A stretch of 64,000 bases of DNA. Source: Tepidisphaera sp. GTDB lineage: Bacteria > Planctomycetota > Phycisphaerae > Phycisphaerales > UBA1924. Below the pieces are notes generated by a model. The model was given only the letters and a program-made list of their open reading frames with translations. It made no database searches and was not told the origin of the DNA. The stretch is taken from positions 2,624,001 through 2,688,000 of the forward strand of contig CP051526.1 in NCBI GenBank assembly GCA_050916045.1, in the 5' to 3' direction. The position numbers and the translations under genes were made by a program. Shown here one piece after another: positions 37,939-47,296 of this stretch. Position 1 is the first letter of the stretch. Every line of letters begins with the position of its first letter.

Positions 37939-38890
37939 GTCGCTCCTGTTGCCCCTTGGAATGACCCTCGCCCAGCCGGCGGGTACGCCCGCCGCCGAAC
38001 CTCCCAAATCGGAGACCAAACCCGAAACCAAAGCCGACGCGGCGCCGGTCGCGGAGGTCCTGGTCGGCGGCAAGAAGGTCGAGCCCTTCACGCAGGAGAT
38101 CCCCGGAGCGGCGTTCTCGATCGAGATGGTACCGATCCCGGGCGATGAGAAGAAGCAGATCACGCCCTTCTACATGGCCCGGCTTGAGATTGTCTGGGAC
38201 GCGTACGACACATTCGTCTTCGCCAAGGATGAGGACGCGGGCATGCCGCCGCTTGGCGCGGACGTGATGACGCGTCCGAGCCGTCCGTACATCCCGCCGG
38301 ACAGCGGGTTCGGGCACGCCGGGTACGCGGTGATCTGCCCGACGTTCCGGTCGGTGACGGAGTACTGCAAGTGGCTTTCCGCGCGGACGGGGCGCGTGTT
38401 CCGCCTGGCGACCGAAGCCGAATGGGAGCACGCGGCGGCGGCCGGGAGCGACAAGACGTACCACTTCGGCGACGACGCCGCGCAGCTCAAGGAGTACGCC
38501 TGGTTCAAGGACAACAGCGACGAAACGCCGCACCCGCCGGGGACGAAGAAGCCCAACGCTTGGGGCTTGTTTGACATGCACGGCAACGTCTCGGAGTGGG
38601 TGATCGCGCAGGACACCAAGAAGATCGGCGGCGTCGCCAAGGGCGGATCCTGGGAAAGCGAAGCGTCCGACGTCTCGACCAAGGCGCGCGCCGAATACGA
38701 CATCAAGTGGCAGAAGATCGACCCGCAGATCCCCAAGAGCCGCTGGTGGATGTCCGACGGGCAGCACGTCGGCTTCCGCATCGTGGCCGAGATGGACCAG
38801 AAGACGGGCTTGCCCGTCGAGGTCAAGAAGGCCGCGGAAGCGGCCAAACCGGCGGAAGCTCCCAAGCCCGCCGAGCCCGCGAGCAAGTAA
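37937..38890 (+). CDS. Exported SUMF1/FGE-sulfatase domain protein
   Basis: [49 protein letters not shown]; start 37922, 37937 or 37961. Confidence 0.9.
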   Translation: MSLLLPLGMTLAQPAGTPAAEPPKSETKPETKADAAPVAEVLVGGKKVEPFTQEIPGAAFSIEMVPIPGDEKKQITPFYMARLEIVWDAYDTFVFAKDEDAGMPPLGADVMTRPSRPYIPPDSGFGHAGYAVICPTFRSVTEYCKWLSARTGRVFRLATEAEWEHAAAAGSDKTYHFGDDAAQLKEYAWFKDNSDETPHPPGTKKPNAWGLFDMHGNVSEWVIAQDTKKIGGVAKGGSWESEASDVSTKARAEYDIKWQKIDPQIPKSRWWMSDGQHVGFRIVAEMDQKTGLPVEVKKAAEAAKPAEAPKPAEPASK

Positions 38891-38962
38891 TCCCAACCTC
38901 CAGGGCGTGTGAAACTTCAGTTTCACGCGAAACATCGAGCGTTACAGAGGCTGTGTCGCGGC

Positions 38963-40297
38963 ATGACGGCGCCGAAGCGGGTGCCGCGGGTCGTACCATC
39001 GCCCGCGTTGAACCGAACTCCGTCCCAGCTTCGGCAAGATCTTCGAGCCTGCACGCTTGATGGCATGCTCTACATGCTGATGGTCGGGCTGGGGCAGGAG
39101 TACTTCGCGAAGTTCGCTCGCGACCTTGGGATGGGCGACGCGGCGGTGGGCTGGATCGAGCCGATCGCGATGCTTCTGGCGACGCTGGTGCAGCAGTTTT
39201 CGGTGTATCTGGTGTTGATCGCTGGTTCGTACCGCCGGGTGGTGTGGATCGCGGCGGCGCTGCAGGGGCTCTCGCTTCTGCCGCTTGCGGCGCTGGCGTG
39301 GTGGTCGGCGGACGCGCCGGACCTTGGGACTTCGGCGAGCCCTGAGCTCACGGTGGGTTTGTACGCGCTGGTGTCGCTGTTTTTCATCTCTGCGTTTGCG
39401 GGGGGGCCGCCGTGGATGGCGATGCTGGGGCTGACGTTTCCTCATCGGGTGCTCCGGCGATATCTGGGCCGGCGGACGGTGCTGCTTCACGCCGCGCTGC
39501 TGCTGGGGCTTCTGGGGGGCGGGCTTGCTCTTCATCAAGCGACGCTTCAGGGCCAGAGCGCGGTGATGCGGGTGCTCGCGGTGATGTTCGTCCTGGCCGC
39601 GATCGCCCGGCTGGGGTCGGCGTACTACCTGAGCCGGTACAGCCAGGACGGTTTTGAGCCGCCGGTGATCGTCCCCCCGACAGAGGTGCTCCGCCGGGCG
39701 CGGACGGGCAATGACGGCAAAGCCCTGACGTACCTGATCGCGTCGCAAGCGGCGATGTGGATCGCGTTCCCGTTCTTTCGCCCGTACATGCTGAGCCAGC
39801 TCGGCACGCCGGCCGCGGATCAGGCGGGCGATCAGGCGTTCCTGTACTCGTCGCTTCTGGCGGCGTTCTTCGTAGGAAAGCTGGTTGCGCCGGAGGTGGC
39901 CGGGCGGGCGATTCAGCGATTTGGGCTTTACCGGGTGGCGTGGGTGACGGCGATCGCGCTGGTGCCGGTGCCTTTGCTGTGGCTGCTTTCGAGCAACCCG
40001 TGGTGGCTTCTGGTGTTTCAGTTCATCGGCGGGGCGGCACTGGCGTCCTTCGAGCTTTGCTCGGTGCTTTTCCAGATGGAGCATGTTCCGGTGCGGGAGC
40101 GTGCGAGCGTGCTTTCGACGTTCGGGCTGGGGGTGTACGCGGCGGGGTTCGCAGGCTCGACGGTCGGGGTGCTGATTCTGGGAGAGAGTGCGACGGCGGA
40201 CCGGTATGCGTGGCTTTTCGCAGCATCGGCGGCCGCCCGGATGCTGACACTCCCCTTACTTCGCCGGTTGCGGCACGGAGATGTGCCGGTGGGGTGA
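38963..40297 (+). CDS. MFS transporter
   Basis: About 12 TM helices; DGMLYMLMVGLG, PPWMAM. Confidence 0.8.
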   Translation: MTAPKRVPRVVPSPALNRTPSQLRQDLRACTLDGMLYMLMVGLGQEYFAKFARDLGMGDAAVGWIEPIAMLLATLVQQFSVYLVLIAGSYRRVVWIAAALQGLSLLPLAALAWWSADAPDLGTSASPELTVGLYALVSLFFISAFAGGPPWMAMLGLTFPHRVLRRYLGRRTVLLHAALLLGLLGGGLALHQATLQGQSAVMRVLAVMFVLAAIARLGSAYYLSRYSQDGFEPPVIVPPTEVLRRARTGNDGKALTYLIASQAAMWIAFPFFRPYMLSQLGTPAADQAGDQAFLYSSLLAAFFVGKLVAPEVAGRAIQRFGLYRVAWVTAIALVPVPLLWLLSSNPWWLLVFQFIGGAALASFELCSVLFQMEHVPVRERASVLSTFGLGVYAAGFAGSTVGVLILGESATADRYAWLFAASAAARMLTLPLLRRLRHGDVPVG

Positions 40298-40445
40298 ACG
40301 CCCTATTTCCTCTCGCGGCCATGTGAGTTGGTTGCCGAGGTACTAGAGTCGGCTGGTTCTTTGTCTTTGCACAAGTGATCAGACGGGCCGATCTGGAGGG
40401 GATATCCACGAGGCTCGTGTACATCGTGCGATTCGGAGCTTCGAC

Positions 40446-41108
40446 ATGACGCTTGTCCGGCCTGTTTCGGTCGTTCTGGCTGATGACCATGCGCTGGTGC
40501 GTAGCACGCTCGCGTCTTGGCTCAATGCCACGGGGGAGATCAACGTGGTCGCGGATGTCGGCGACGCCGACGCGGCGGTGGATGCGGCGCTGGCCCATCG
40601 ACCGGATGTGATCATCCTCGACATCGACATGCCGGGGCTGCTTTGCTTTGACGCGGCCCGCGCGATCAAGGCGCGGTGTCCAACAACGCACATCATCTTC
40701 CTGTCGGCGTTCTTCCACGATCGGTACATCGAGGACGCGCTCGCGGTGGAAGCTTCCGGGTACGTCACCAAGGGCGAAAGCCCCAAGTCGATCGTGGAAG
40801 CGATCCGCATCGCCGTTTCCGGCGGGGCCTACTTCTCGCCGGAGGTCAAGACGCGCCTGGTCATCGACCGGGGCGGGGTGAGCCTGGCGACCAAGAAAGC
40901 CACCCGATCAGGGCTCCTCACAGCACGCGAGATCGAAGTGCTCCGGTACATCGCCCGCGGCATGGCCAAGAAGGAGATCGCCGCCACGATGCACCTGTCG
41001 GTCAAGACGATCGACAACCACTGCACCAGCATCATGAACAAGCTCGATATCCACGACCGTGTGGATCTGGCGCGGTTCGCGATCCGCGAGGGCCTCGCGG
41101 AAGCGTAA
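40446..41108 (+). CDS. NarL/LuxR family response regulator
   Basis: LADDH, LDIDMPG, LTAREIEVL, LSVKTIDNH...MNKLDIH. Confidence 0.95.
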   Translation: MTLVRPVSVVLADDHALVRSTLASWLNATGEINVVADVGDADAAVDAALAHRPDVIILDIDMPGLLCFDAARAIKARCPTTHIIFLSAFFHDRYIEDALAVEASGYVTKGESPKSIVEAIRIAVSGGAYFSPEVKTRLVIDRGGVSLATKKATRSGLLTAREIEVLRYIARGMAKKEIAATMHLSVKTIDNHCTSIMNKLDIHDRVDLARFAIREGLAEA

Positions 41109-41147
41109 AGCGATCCGCGCGTCGCCGCGTCGGAACCAGCGGAGCCC

Positions 41148-41561
41148 TCAGGACCGAGCGGCGGGTTTGGCGTTGCAGACGTCGCACAGGCCCATGAGCG
41201 TGATCTCGTGGCGGTCCAAGCGGAACCCCGGCGGGGTCAGGTGGGACAGGTTGCCCGGGCACCCCTCGACTTCGAAGAGGCGGGCGCATCGCGTGCACAG
41301 GAAATGGTGATGGTGGGCACGACCGGCGGGCTCATACCGGGGTGATTCGCCCGGGACGTGAACCTCGACAAGCTCGCCCGCTTCGCAGAGCGATCGCACG
41401 TGGCGATAAACGGTCGCAAGGCCGAGCCCCTCGGAGCGTTCGGAGGCGCCGCGCAGAATCTCCTGGGCGTTGAGCGGCCCCTTGGCCCCGGTGAGCGTCT
41501 CAAGCACCGCGGCTCGCTGCTTGGTCCGCCTGGGTGCCGGCATGGGTGGTTTCTTGGGCAT
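41148..41561 (-). CDS. Fur family transcriptional regulator
   Basis: TKQR, GLATVYR, HHHHFLCTRC, C-terminal CDVC. Confidence 0.92.
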   Translation of the reverse strand: MPKKPPMPAPRRTKQRAAVLETLTGAKGPLNAQEILRGASERSEGLGLATVYRHVRSLCEAGELVEVHVPGESPRYEPAGRAHHHHFLCTRCARLFEVEGCPGNLSHLTPPGFRLDRHEITLMGLCDVCNAKPAARS

Positions 41562-41645
41562 TGCTGAACTTTCGCCGCGTCGGGCGGGCGAATCAAGCTC
41601 GCGGCACCACGTGCGGAGCAACTGCCGAGCCCGGCCGTCGACGCT

Positions 41646-42125
41646 TCAGGCTTTGGGCTTCTCGTAGATCATCTCGAGCCGATTGCCCTTGGCGTTGTGA
41701 GCGACATGGGTGATGTAGGCTTTGATCAGCATCAGCCCGCGGCCGGAGGCTTTCTCGATGTTCTCGTCGAGGGTGGGGTCGGGGATGTCTTCGGGTTTGA
41801 AGCCGGGTCCCTGGTCTTCGACGACGACGAGGACGCGGTCGTCGGCGACCTCGAAGGAGAATCCGATGGAGGTGGACGGGGGGAGGCCCTTGTGGCCGTG
41901 CTTAAAGGCGTTGGCGATGGCTTCGGCGAGGGCGAGGCGGACGGCGAAGCGTGAGGCTTTGCTGTACCCGTGTCTGTCCATGCTCTCGACGACGGCGTTC
42001 TGAGCGGCTTCGGAGGACTGATGGTCGTCGGCAAAGCGTGTGTGCCCCGAGTCAGCGCCGGGCGGTATGGGCGCGGACGATGCCGCGTTGCTCCGGCCCT
42101 GGTTTGGCATGGGGTTGGCCGACAT
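41646..42125 (-). CDS. RsbW-like anti-sigma factor (HATPase)
   Basis: EAIANAFKHG, EDQGPGF, GRGLMLI. Confidence 0.9.
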   Translation of the reverse strand: MSANPMPNQGRSNAASSAPIPPGADSGHTRFADDHQSSEAAQNAVVESMDRHGYSKASRFAVRLALAEAIANAFKHGHKGLPPSTSIGFSFEVADDRVLVVVEDQGPGFKPEDIPDPTLDENIEKASGRGLMLIKAYITHVAHNAKGNRLEMIYEKPKA

Positions 42126-42209
42126 CGTTGGGGGTGACCGCGCGGGGGGAGAGGGGTGCCGGGGGGCGTCGGTCGGCGGAGGGTGAAGCTCGCCGGAGCC
42201 GATCTCACG

Positions 42210-42572
42210 TTACTTGGTGAAGCTCTTCATGGCCGAGTCGATCGTGTCGTGGATCGAGAACAGCTTGTTAAGGCGGGTGATCACGAACACCTCGTGGATC
42301 TGCGGGTCGATGTTGCAGAGGCGGAGCTGCCCCTGCTTGGCCCGGACCTTGTTGATGATGGTGATCAGCGTGCCCAGAGCGGCCGACGACAGGTGGTCGA
42401 CGTTGGAAAAGCTGATGAGGAGCTTGGGCGCGGGTTCGGCTTCGACCAGCGTGGAGATTTCCTCGCCGATCATCTGGATGTTGGCTTCATCCAGGATGTT
42501 GCGGTCGATGAATTCGACCTGGGTTACGTTGTCGACCCGTTTCACCCGCAGTCGGGAGTTGCTCGCGGCCAT
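42210..42572 (-). CDS. STAS-domain anti-anti-sigma factor
   Basis: FSNVDHLSSAALG, EVFVITRL.KLF.I. Confidence 0.92.
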   Translation of the reverse strand: MAASNSRLRVKRVDNVTQVEFIDRNILDEANIQMIGEEISTLVEAEPAPKLLISFSNVDHLSSAALGTLITIINKVRAKQGQLRLCNIDPQIHEVFVITRLNKLFSIHDTIDSAMKSFTK

Positions 42573-42700
42573 TGCATTCTCCGTCCCGGTCTACCCCGGG
42601 GCCATGTCTCGGTTGCGCGACCTCGCGCCTGACCGGCCAAGCATAGCCCGCAGAGACGCCCGGGACGGGCGGAAAGTGCGCCGCCAGCGGCCCCGCCCGA

Positions 42701-43741
42701 TCAGCGGTCGGGGGCGGACGCGAGTTCGCTCTTGAGCGAGGACGCATCCTTGTGGCCCAGGACGGCGGCCTGATCGGCCAGGCGCTTCGCGTCCTCGATC
42801 CGGCCCGCCTTTCTCGCGGCGAGCGCGGCTTCGTACGAGATGGTCGGATCGGTGGGAGCGGCGTCGGCGGCCCGGATCCACCAGTTTGCGGCTTCATCGG
42901 GCTTGCCCATGAGGCCAAAGCTCTCGGAAGCCAGGCGAACGACGGGGAGTGAGACAAGCTGGGAGGGGTCGAGGCCGCCCAAGACGTTCACGGCGTCCTG
43001 GGCCCGGCCGAGACGGTTGAGGGCCCGGGCTTCGATCAGCCGCCACGCCGCCCGCTTGGGGTCAAGATCGCGGGCTTTGGCGATGTACTGCAAGCCGAGC
43101 TGCGGGCGGTTCTGGCGCATCTGGTTGTCGGCCATCGCGGCCCAGGTGCCAGCGTTGTTGGGGTCGAGGTTGGAAGCTTTGGTCAGCTCCATAAAGGAGT
43201 CTTCGGGCTGATTCTTGCGGCTGTAGATCTCGGCGAGGCCGATGTGGAACTCGGAGGTGCGAGGGTCGGCGCCGATGGCGGCGACGAAGTGCTCCTCGGC
43301 CCGGTCGAGGTCGTTGAGAAGCAGAGCGGCCGAGCCGGCGGCGTACTGCACCGGGCCGGTCTTGGGCCCGACCTCGACGGCCATGGCGAAGGCTTTGTAC
43401 GCACCTTCGGCATCGCGGCCGGAGCGGAGCTGGCCGAGGGCGAGGTAGAGGTCCTGCGTTTTGGGATGATCGCGGAGGGCGTTCTCGATGATCGTCTCGG
43501 CCTGGGCGAACTGGCCCTCTTGAGCTTTGGTAACCGCGGCGGTCATGATCGCTTCGATCTCGGCCGGGGTCAGGGGCTTGGGCTGGCTCGAGATGGGCTC
43601 GGGCGTGGCGTCGGCGGTCTTGACCGGCTCGGGCCGGGGCCAGAACGCCCAGGTGAGGGCGCCGACGCTCACGGCGGCCAAACCGAGCATGACGATCGTC
43701 GAGACCCGCACCGCGCCGCGATTCCTCTGCCACTTTCGCAT
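42701..43741 (-). CDS. Membrane-anchored TPR protein
   Basis: N-terminal TM helix followed by several TPR-like helix pairs (A...DP, YLALG). Confidence 0.85.
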   Translation of the reverse strand: MRKWQRNRGAVRVSTIVMLGLAAVSVGALTWAFWPRPEPVKTADATPEPISSQPKPLTPAEIEAIMTAAVTKAQEGQFAQAETIIENALRDHPKTQDLYLALGQLRSGRDAEGAYKAFAMAVEVGPKTGPVQYAAGSAALLLNDLDRAEEHFVAAIGADPRTSEFHIGLAEIYSRKNQPEDSFMELTKASNLDPNNAGTWAAMADNQMRQNRPQLGLQYIAKARDLDPKRAAWRLIEARALNRLGRAQDAVNVLGGLDPSQLVSLPVVRLASESFGLMGKPDEAANWWIRAADAAPTDPTISYEAALAARKAGRIEDAKRLADQAAVLGHKDASSLKSELASAPDR

Positions 43742-43832
43742 GCATGCCTTTCGCACCGCTCCGGAGAGCCGTGCCACCGAAGACCTGCCGAGATCCGGCC
43801 CCCGCCCTGCCCGAATCCATACCATCCGGCCT

Positions 43833-46800
43833 ATGTCCAACAACGCCGAACTTCCCAAAGCCTATCGACCCGCCGAGCACGAAGACCGTATTCGTGGCCG
43901 GTGGATGGACGCCCGCGCCTTCTCGGCCGATCCCCAGCGCGTGTTATCAGGCCAAGCCAAGCCCTTTTCGATCCTGATCCCGCCCCCGAACGTCACCGCT
44001 CGGCTTCACCTCGGGCACGCCCTCAATAACACGCTTCAGGACGTTCTGACCCGTGCCCACCGGATGATGGGGTTCGAAGCGATGTGGATGCCGGGGACGG
44101 ACCACGCGGGGATCGCGACGCAGGCCGTCGTGGAACGCCGGTTGCGCGAGGAGGGGACGCTCAAGGGACCGCTCAAGGATGCGTTCTCACGCGAGGATTT
44201 TGTCGCGAAGGTGCAAGCGTGGAAGGACGACTACGAGAAGCAGATCACGGATCAGCTCAAGCTCATGGGCTGCTCGTGCGACTTTGACCGCCAGCGGTTC
44301 ACGATGGACGACATCTGCGCCAAAGCGGTGCGGGAAGCGTTCTTCCGGTTGTTCAAGGATGGGCTGATCTATCGCGGCAAGCGGCTTGTGAACTGGGACC
44401 CGCAGCTTCAGACGGCGGTGGCGGATGACGAGTGCTTTGAGGACGAGATTGACACGAGCTTCTGGTACCTGCGGTATCCGCTCGTCAAGGTGCCGAGCGG
44501 ACAGGATGCGATGCCGGTGACGTGGGACGAACTCGCGACGCGCGGCTATCCCGGAGCCAATGAGCACCCCGGCGATCAGCAAGCGTGGGTGACGGTCGCG
44601 ACGACGCGGCCGGAGACGTATCTCGCCGATACGGCGGTGGCGGTGAACCCGCACGATCCGCGGGCGAACGCGCTGCGCGGCTTGTCGGTGGAGTTGCCGC
44701 TGATGGGCCGCGTGATCCCGATCGTGGAAGACGCGTACGTGGTGCTTCCGGAAGCCCTCGCCCGCAACGAGGAAGAGAAGAACGACCCGAAAGCCAAGTA
44801 CGCGACGGGGTTCCTGAAGGTGACGCCCGGGCACGACAAGAACGACTATGAGCTTGGCCTCAGGCACAACCTCGCGATCATCAACATGATGTCGCCGGAT
44901 GGCCGCGTGTCGGACAAGCACGGGTGGACGGATGTGGGCTCGGCCCACCTGTTCGTCGGCCTCACCATGGCCGAAGCCCGCAAGAAGGTCGTGGCGGAGT
45001 TCAAGTCCCACGGGCTCATGGAAGCGATCAAGCCGTACCGGCAGGCGATCACCGTCAGCGACCGGAGCAAAGCTCAGGTCGAGCCGTACCTCTCGGACCA
45101 GTGGTATGTCCGCGTGACGGACCCGCGGATGGCGGCGACCGCGAACGCGGCACTGGTCGAAGATCAGCGGTCTCATCAGAGCCCGCAGCGCAAGCAAGGG
45201 GGAACTGGAGAGGGCGCCCCCACCGCGGCGTCGACCCCTGCGCCCGCGTCGAACGCACCCCGCGTTTCGAACGCCCACGGTGACGCCACCCTCGCTGGCG
45301 CGTCGGGCTCTGAAGGAAGCGGCGACGGGAGCATGCGGTTCTTCCCGGCGCGGTACGCCAAGACCTTCGAGCACTGGCACGACAACATCCGCGACTGGTG
45401 CATCTCACGCCAACTCTGGTGGGGGCATCGGATTCCAGTGTGGACGCTGAAGCCGGGACCCAGGCTCGATTTCTTCAAGGACAAGGGCTCGCTTCACCCC
45501 GATCGCGCGAAGTTGACTGAAGCCGTGGGGGAAGCGATTCGACTCGGCCGTGCTGCTTACAGGCCGACAGCGTCAATCTCTGCGGAAGGCACCGGCAATG
45601 AAACAACCAAGCTCGAATACGATCTGACTTCGTTCAGTCAGCCGCATCACATGGCCATCCGCGATCCAGAAGGCCAGGACAGGTCTCTCGTATCCACTCT
45701 TGTCGAGTTCGGTTACGAGCGCGACCCCGACGTCCTCGACACCTGGTTCTCCTCGGCCCTCTGGCCGCTTTCGACCATGGGCTGGCCCGAGCCGGAGCAG
45801 GCGGCGACCGCCGGCCTGCTGAAAGCGTACAACCCGACGTCGGTGCTTTGCACCGCTCGCGAGATCATCACGCTTTGGGTGTCGCGGATGACGATGTTCA
45901 ATCGGTACTTCACCGCCTCCCCCGGCCCCGCCGGGGGAGGAGTGATCCCCTTCAAGCACGTCTACATCCACGCGGTCGTGCAGGATGGCGAGGGGCAGAA
46001 GATGTCCAAGTCGCTGGGGAACGGTGTGGATCCGCTCGACATCATCGAGACGCACGGGTCGGACGCGATGCGGTTCGCGCTGGCTCAGCTCGCGACGCAG
46101 ACGCAGGATGTCCGCTTGCCGGTGGACATTCTCGACCCGCACACGGGCGAAGCGTTCACGGCGAAGATGGTCCAGCACGGGACGGCACGCGTGGCGGCGC
46201 CGATCCAGGAGTACAAGGGCAAGAAAATGGTGTCGAGCTTCGGGCTGGCTTCGGGCCAAGCCAAGCCGACGCCGGAGATGCCGCTCGCAAGGAACACCTC
46301 GTCGCGGTTTGATTTCGGCCGCAACTTCGCGAACAAGATGTGGAACGCGAGCCGGTTCACGCTCGCGATCCTGGACAAAGCCAAGGAAGAGCAAGCGACC
46401 AAGCCCGCCGGCGCGGGGACGATGACGCTTCCCGACCGCTGGATCCTCTCGCGGCTGGCGACGGCGACGCGCGAGATTTCGGATGCCATCGCGAACTACG
46501 AGTTCGCGAGTTACGCCCAGACGCTGTACCGGTTCATCTGGGATGACTTCTGCGACTGGTACCTCGAGTCCATCAAGCAGACGGTGGGCGAGAACCCCAA
46601 GCAGCAAGCGACGCTCGCGACGGCTCTCCGCGGAGCGATCACCCTCGCCCATCCGATCATGCCGTTCATCACGGAGGTGATCTGGGAGCAGCTCGCGAGC
46701 CGGCTCGCATCGCTTCCGGCCGTGGAGGGCGTGAAGTTCCACGCCTCGCGGAAGGGGGACCTCCTCTGCACCGCCGGGTGGCCGGAGGTCGCGCCGGGGA

Positions 46801-47288
46801 CGGAGGATGCGTCGATCAACCAAGCGTTCGAGCGGCTGAAGGGGCTGATCACGGCGATCCGCGAGGTGCGGGCGCAGCATCAGGTGGTGCCCAAGCGGCG
46901 GATCACGCTTCATGTGCCGGCATCGCACGCATCCGGGTGGGCGGACCACGCGATGCTCATCCAGACGCTCGGGGGCGTCGAAAAGATCGAGACGGCGGCG
47001 GCGGGAGCTCCGGCCGATCACGGTAGGGTGAAGTTCGCATTCGAGGGGGCCGAATACGCCGTCTCGAACCTCGCCGACGCCGTGGACGTAGGGACGGAGC
47101 GGGCCCGTTTGACGAAACTGATCGCCGACAAGGAGAAGTCGATCGCGACGATGCAAGCCCGCTTGGCCAACCCCGGCTACGCCGCGAAGGCCCCCCCGCA
47201 TATGGTCAAGCAGACGCAGGACCAGATCGCCAAGGATCAAGCCGACGTCGACGCCGCGAAAGCGACGCTCGCTTCCCTCCCCGCCTGA
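43833..47288 (+). CDS. valS: Valine--tRNA ligase with several insertions
   Basis: PPPNVT..LHLGH, PGTDHAGIATQ, ATTRPET, DWCISRQLWWGHRIP, DVLDTWFSS, KMSKSLGN, FCDWYLE, C-terminal coiled coil. Confidence 0.97.
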   Translation: MSNNAELPKAYRPAEHEDRIRGRWMDARAFSADPQRVLSGQAKPFSILIPPPNVTARLHLGHALNNTLQDVLTRAHRMMGFEAMWMPGTDHAGIATQAVVERRLREEGTLKGPLKDAFSREDFVAKVQAWKDDYEKQITDQLKLMGCSCDFDRQRFTMDDICAKAVREAFFRLFKDGLIYRGKRLVNWDPQLQTAVADDECFEDEIDTSFWYLRYPLVKVPSGQDAMPVTWDELATRGYPGANEHPGDQQAWVTVATTRPETYLADTAVAVNPHDPRANALRGLSVELPLMGRVIPIVEDAYVVLPEALARNEEEKNDPKAKYATGFLKVTPGHDKNDYELGLRHNLAIINMMSPDGRVSDKHGWTDVGSAHLFVGLTMAEARKKVVAEFKSHGLMEAIKPYRQAITVSDRSKAQVEPYLSDQWYVRVTDPRMAATANAALVEDQRSHQSPQRKQGGTGEGAPTAASTPAPASNAPRVSNAHGDATLAGASGSEGSGDGSMRFFPARYAKTFEHWHDNIRDWCISRQLWWGHRIPVWTLKPGPRLDFFKDKGSLHPDRAKLTEAVGEAIRLGRAAYRPTASISAEGTGNETTKLEYDLTSFSQPHHMAIRDPEGQDRSLVSTLVEFGYERDPDVLDTWFSSALWPLSTMGWPEPEQAATAGLLKAYNPTSVLCTAREIITLWVSRMTMFNRYFTASPGPAGGGVIPFKHVYIHAVVQDGEGQKMSKSLGNGVDPLDIIETHGSDAMRFALAQLATQTQDVRLPVDILDPHTGEAFTAKMVQHGTARVAAPIQEYKGKKMVSSFGLASGQAKPTPEMPLARNTSSRFDFGRNFANKMWNASRFTLAILDKAKEEQATKPAGAGTMTLPDRWILSRLATATREISDAIANYEFASYAQTLYRFIWDDFCDWYLESIKQTVGENPKQQATLATALRGAITLAHPIMPFITEVIWEQLASRLASLPAVEGVKFHASRKGDLLCTAGWPEVAPGTEDASINQAFERLKGLITAIREVRAQHQVVPKRRITLHVPASHASGWADHAMLIQTLGGVEKIETAAAGAPADHGRVKFAFEGAEYAVSNLADAVDVGTERARLTKLIADKEKSIATMQARLANPGYAAKAPPHMVKQTQDQIAKDQADVDAAKATLASLPA
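45176..45313. repeat. REP-like inverted-repeat doublet in frame within valS
   Basis: TCAGAGCCCGCAGCGCAAGCAAGGG (45176-45200) vs reverse complement of 45289-45313 TCAGAGCCCGACGCGCCAGCGAGGG: 21/25 match, span 138 bp. Confidence 0.8.
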
Positions 47289-47296
47289 AGCATGTG

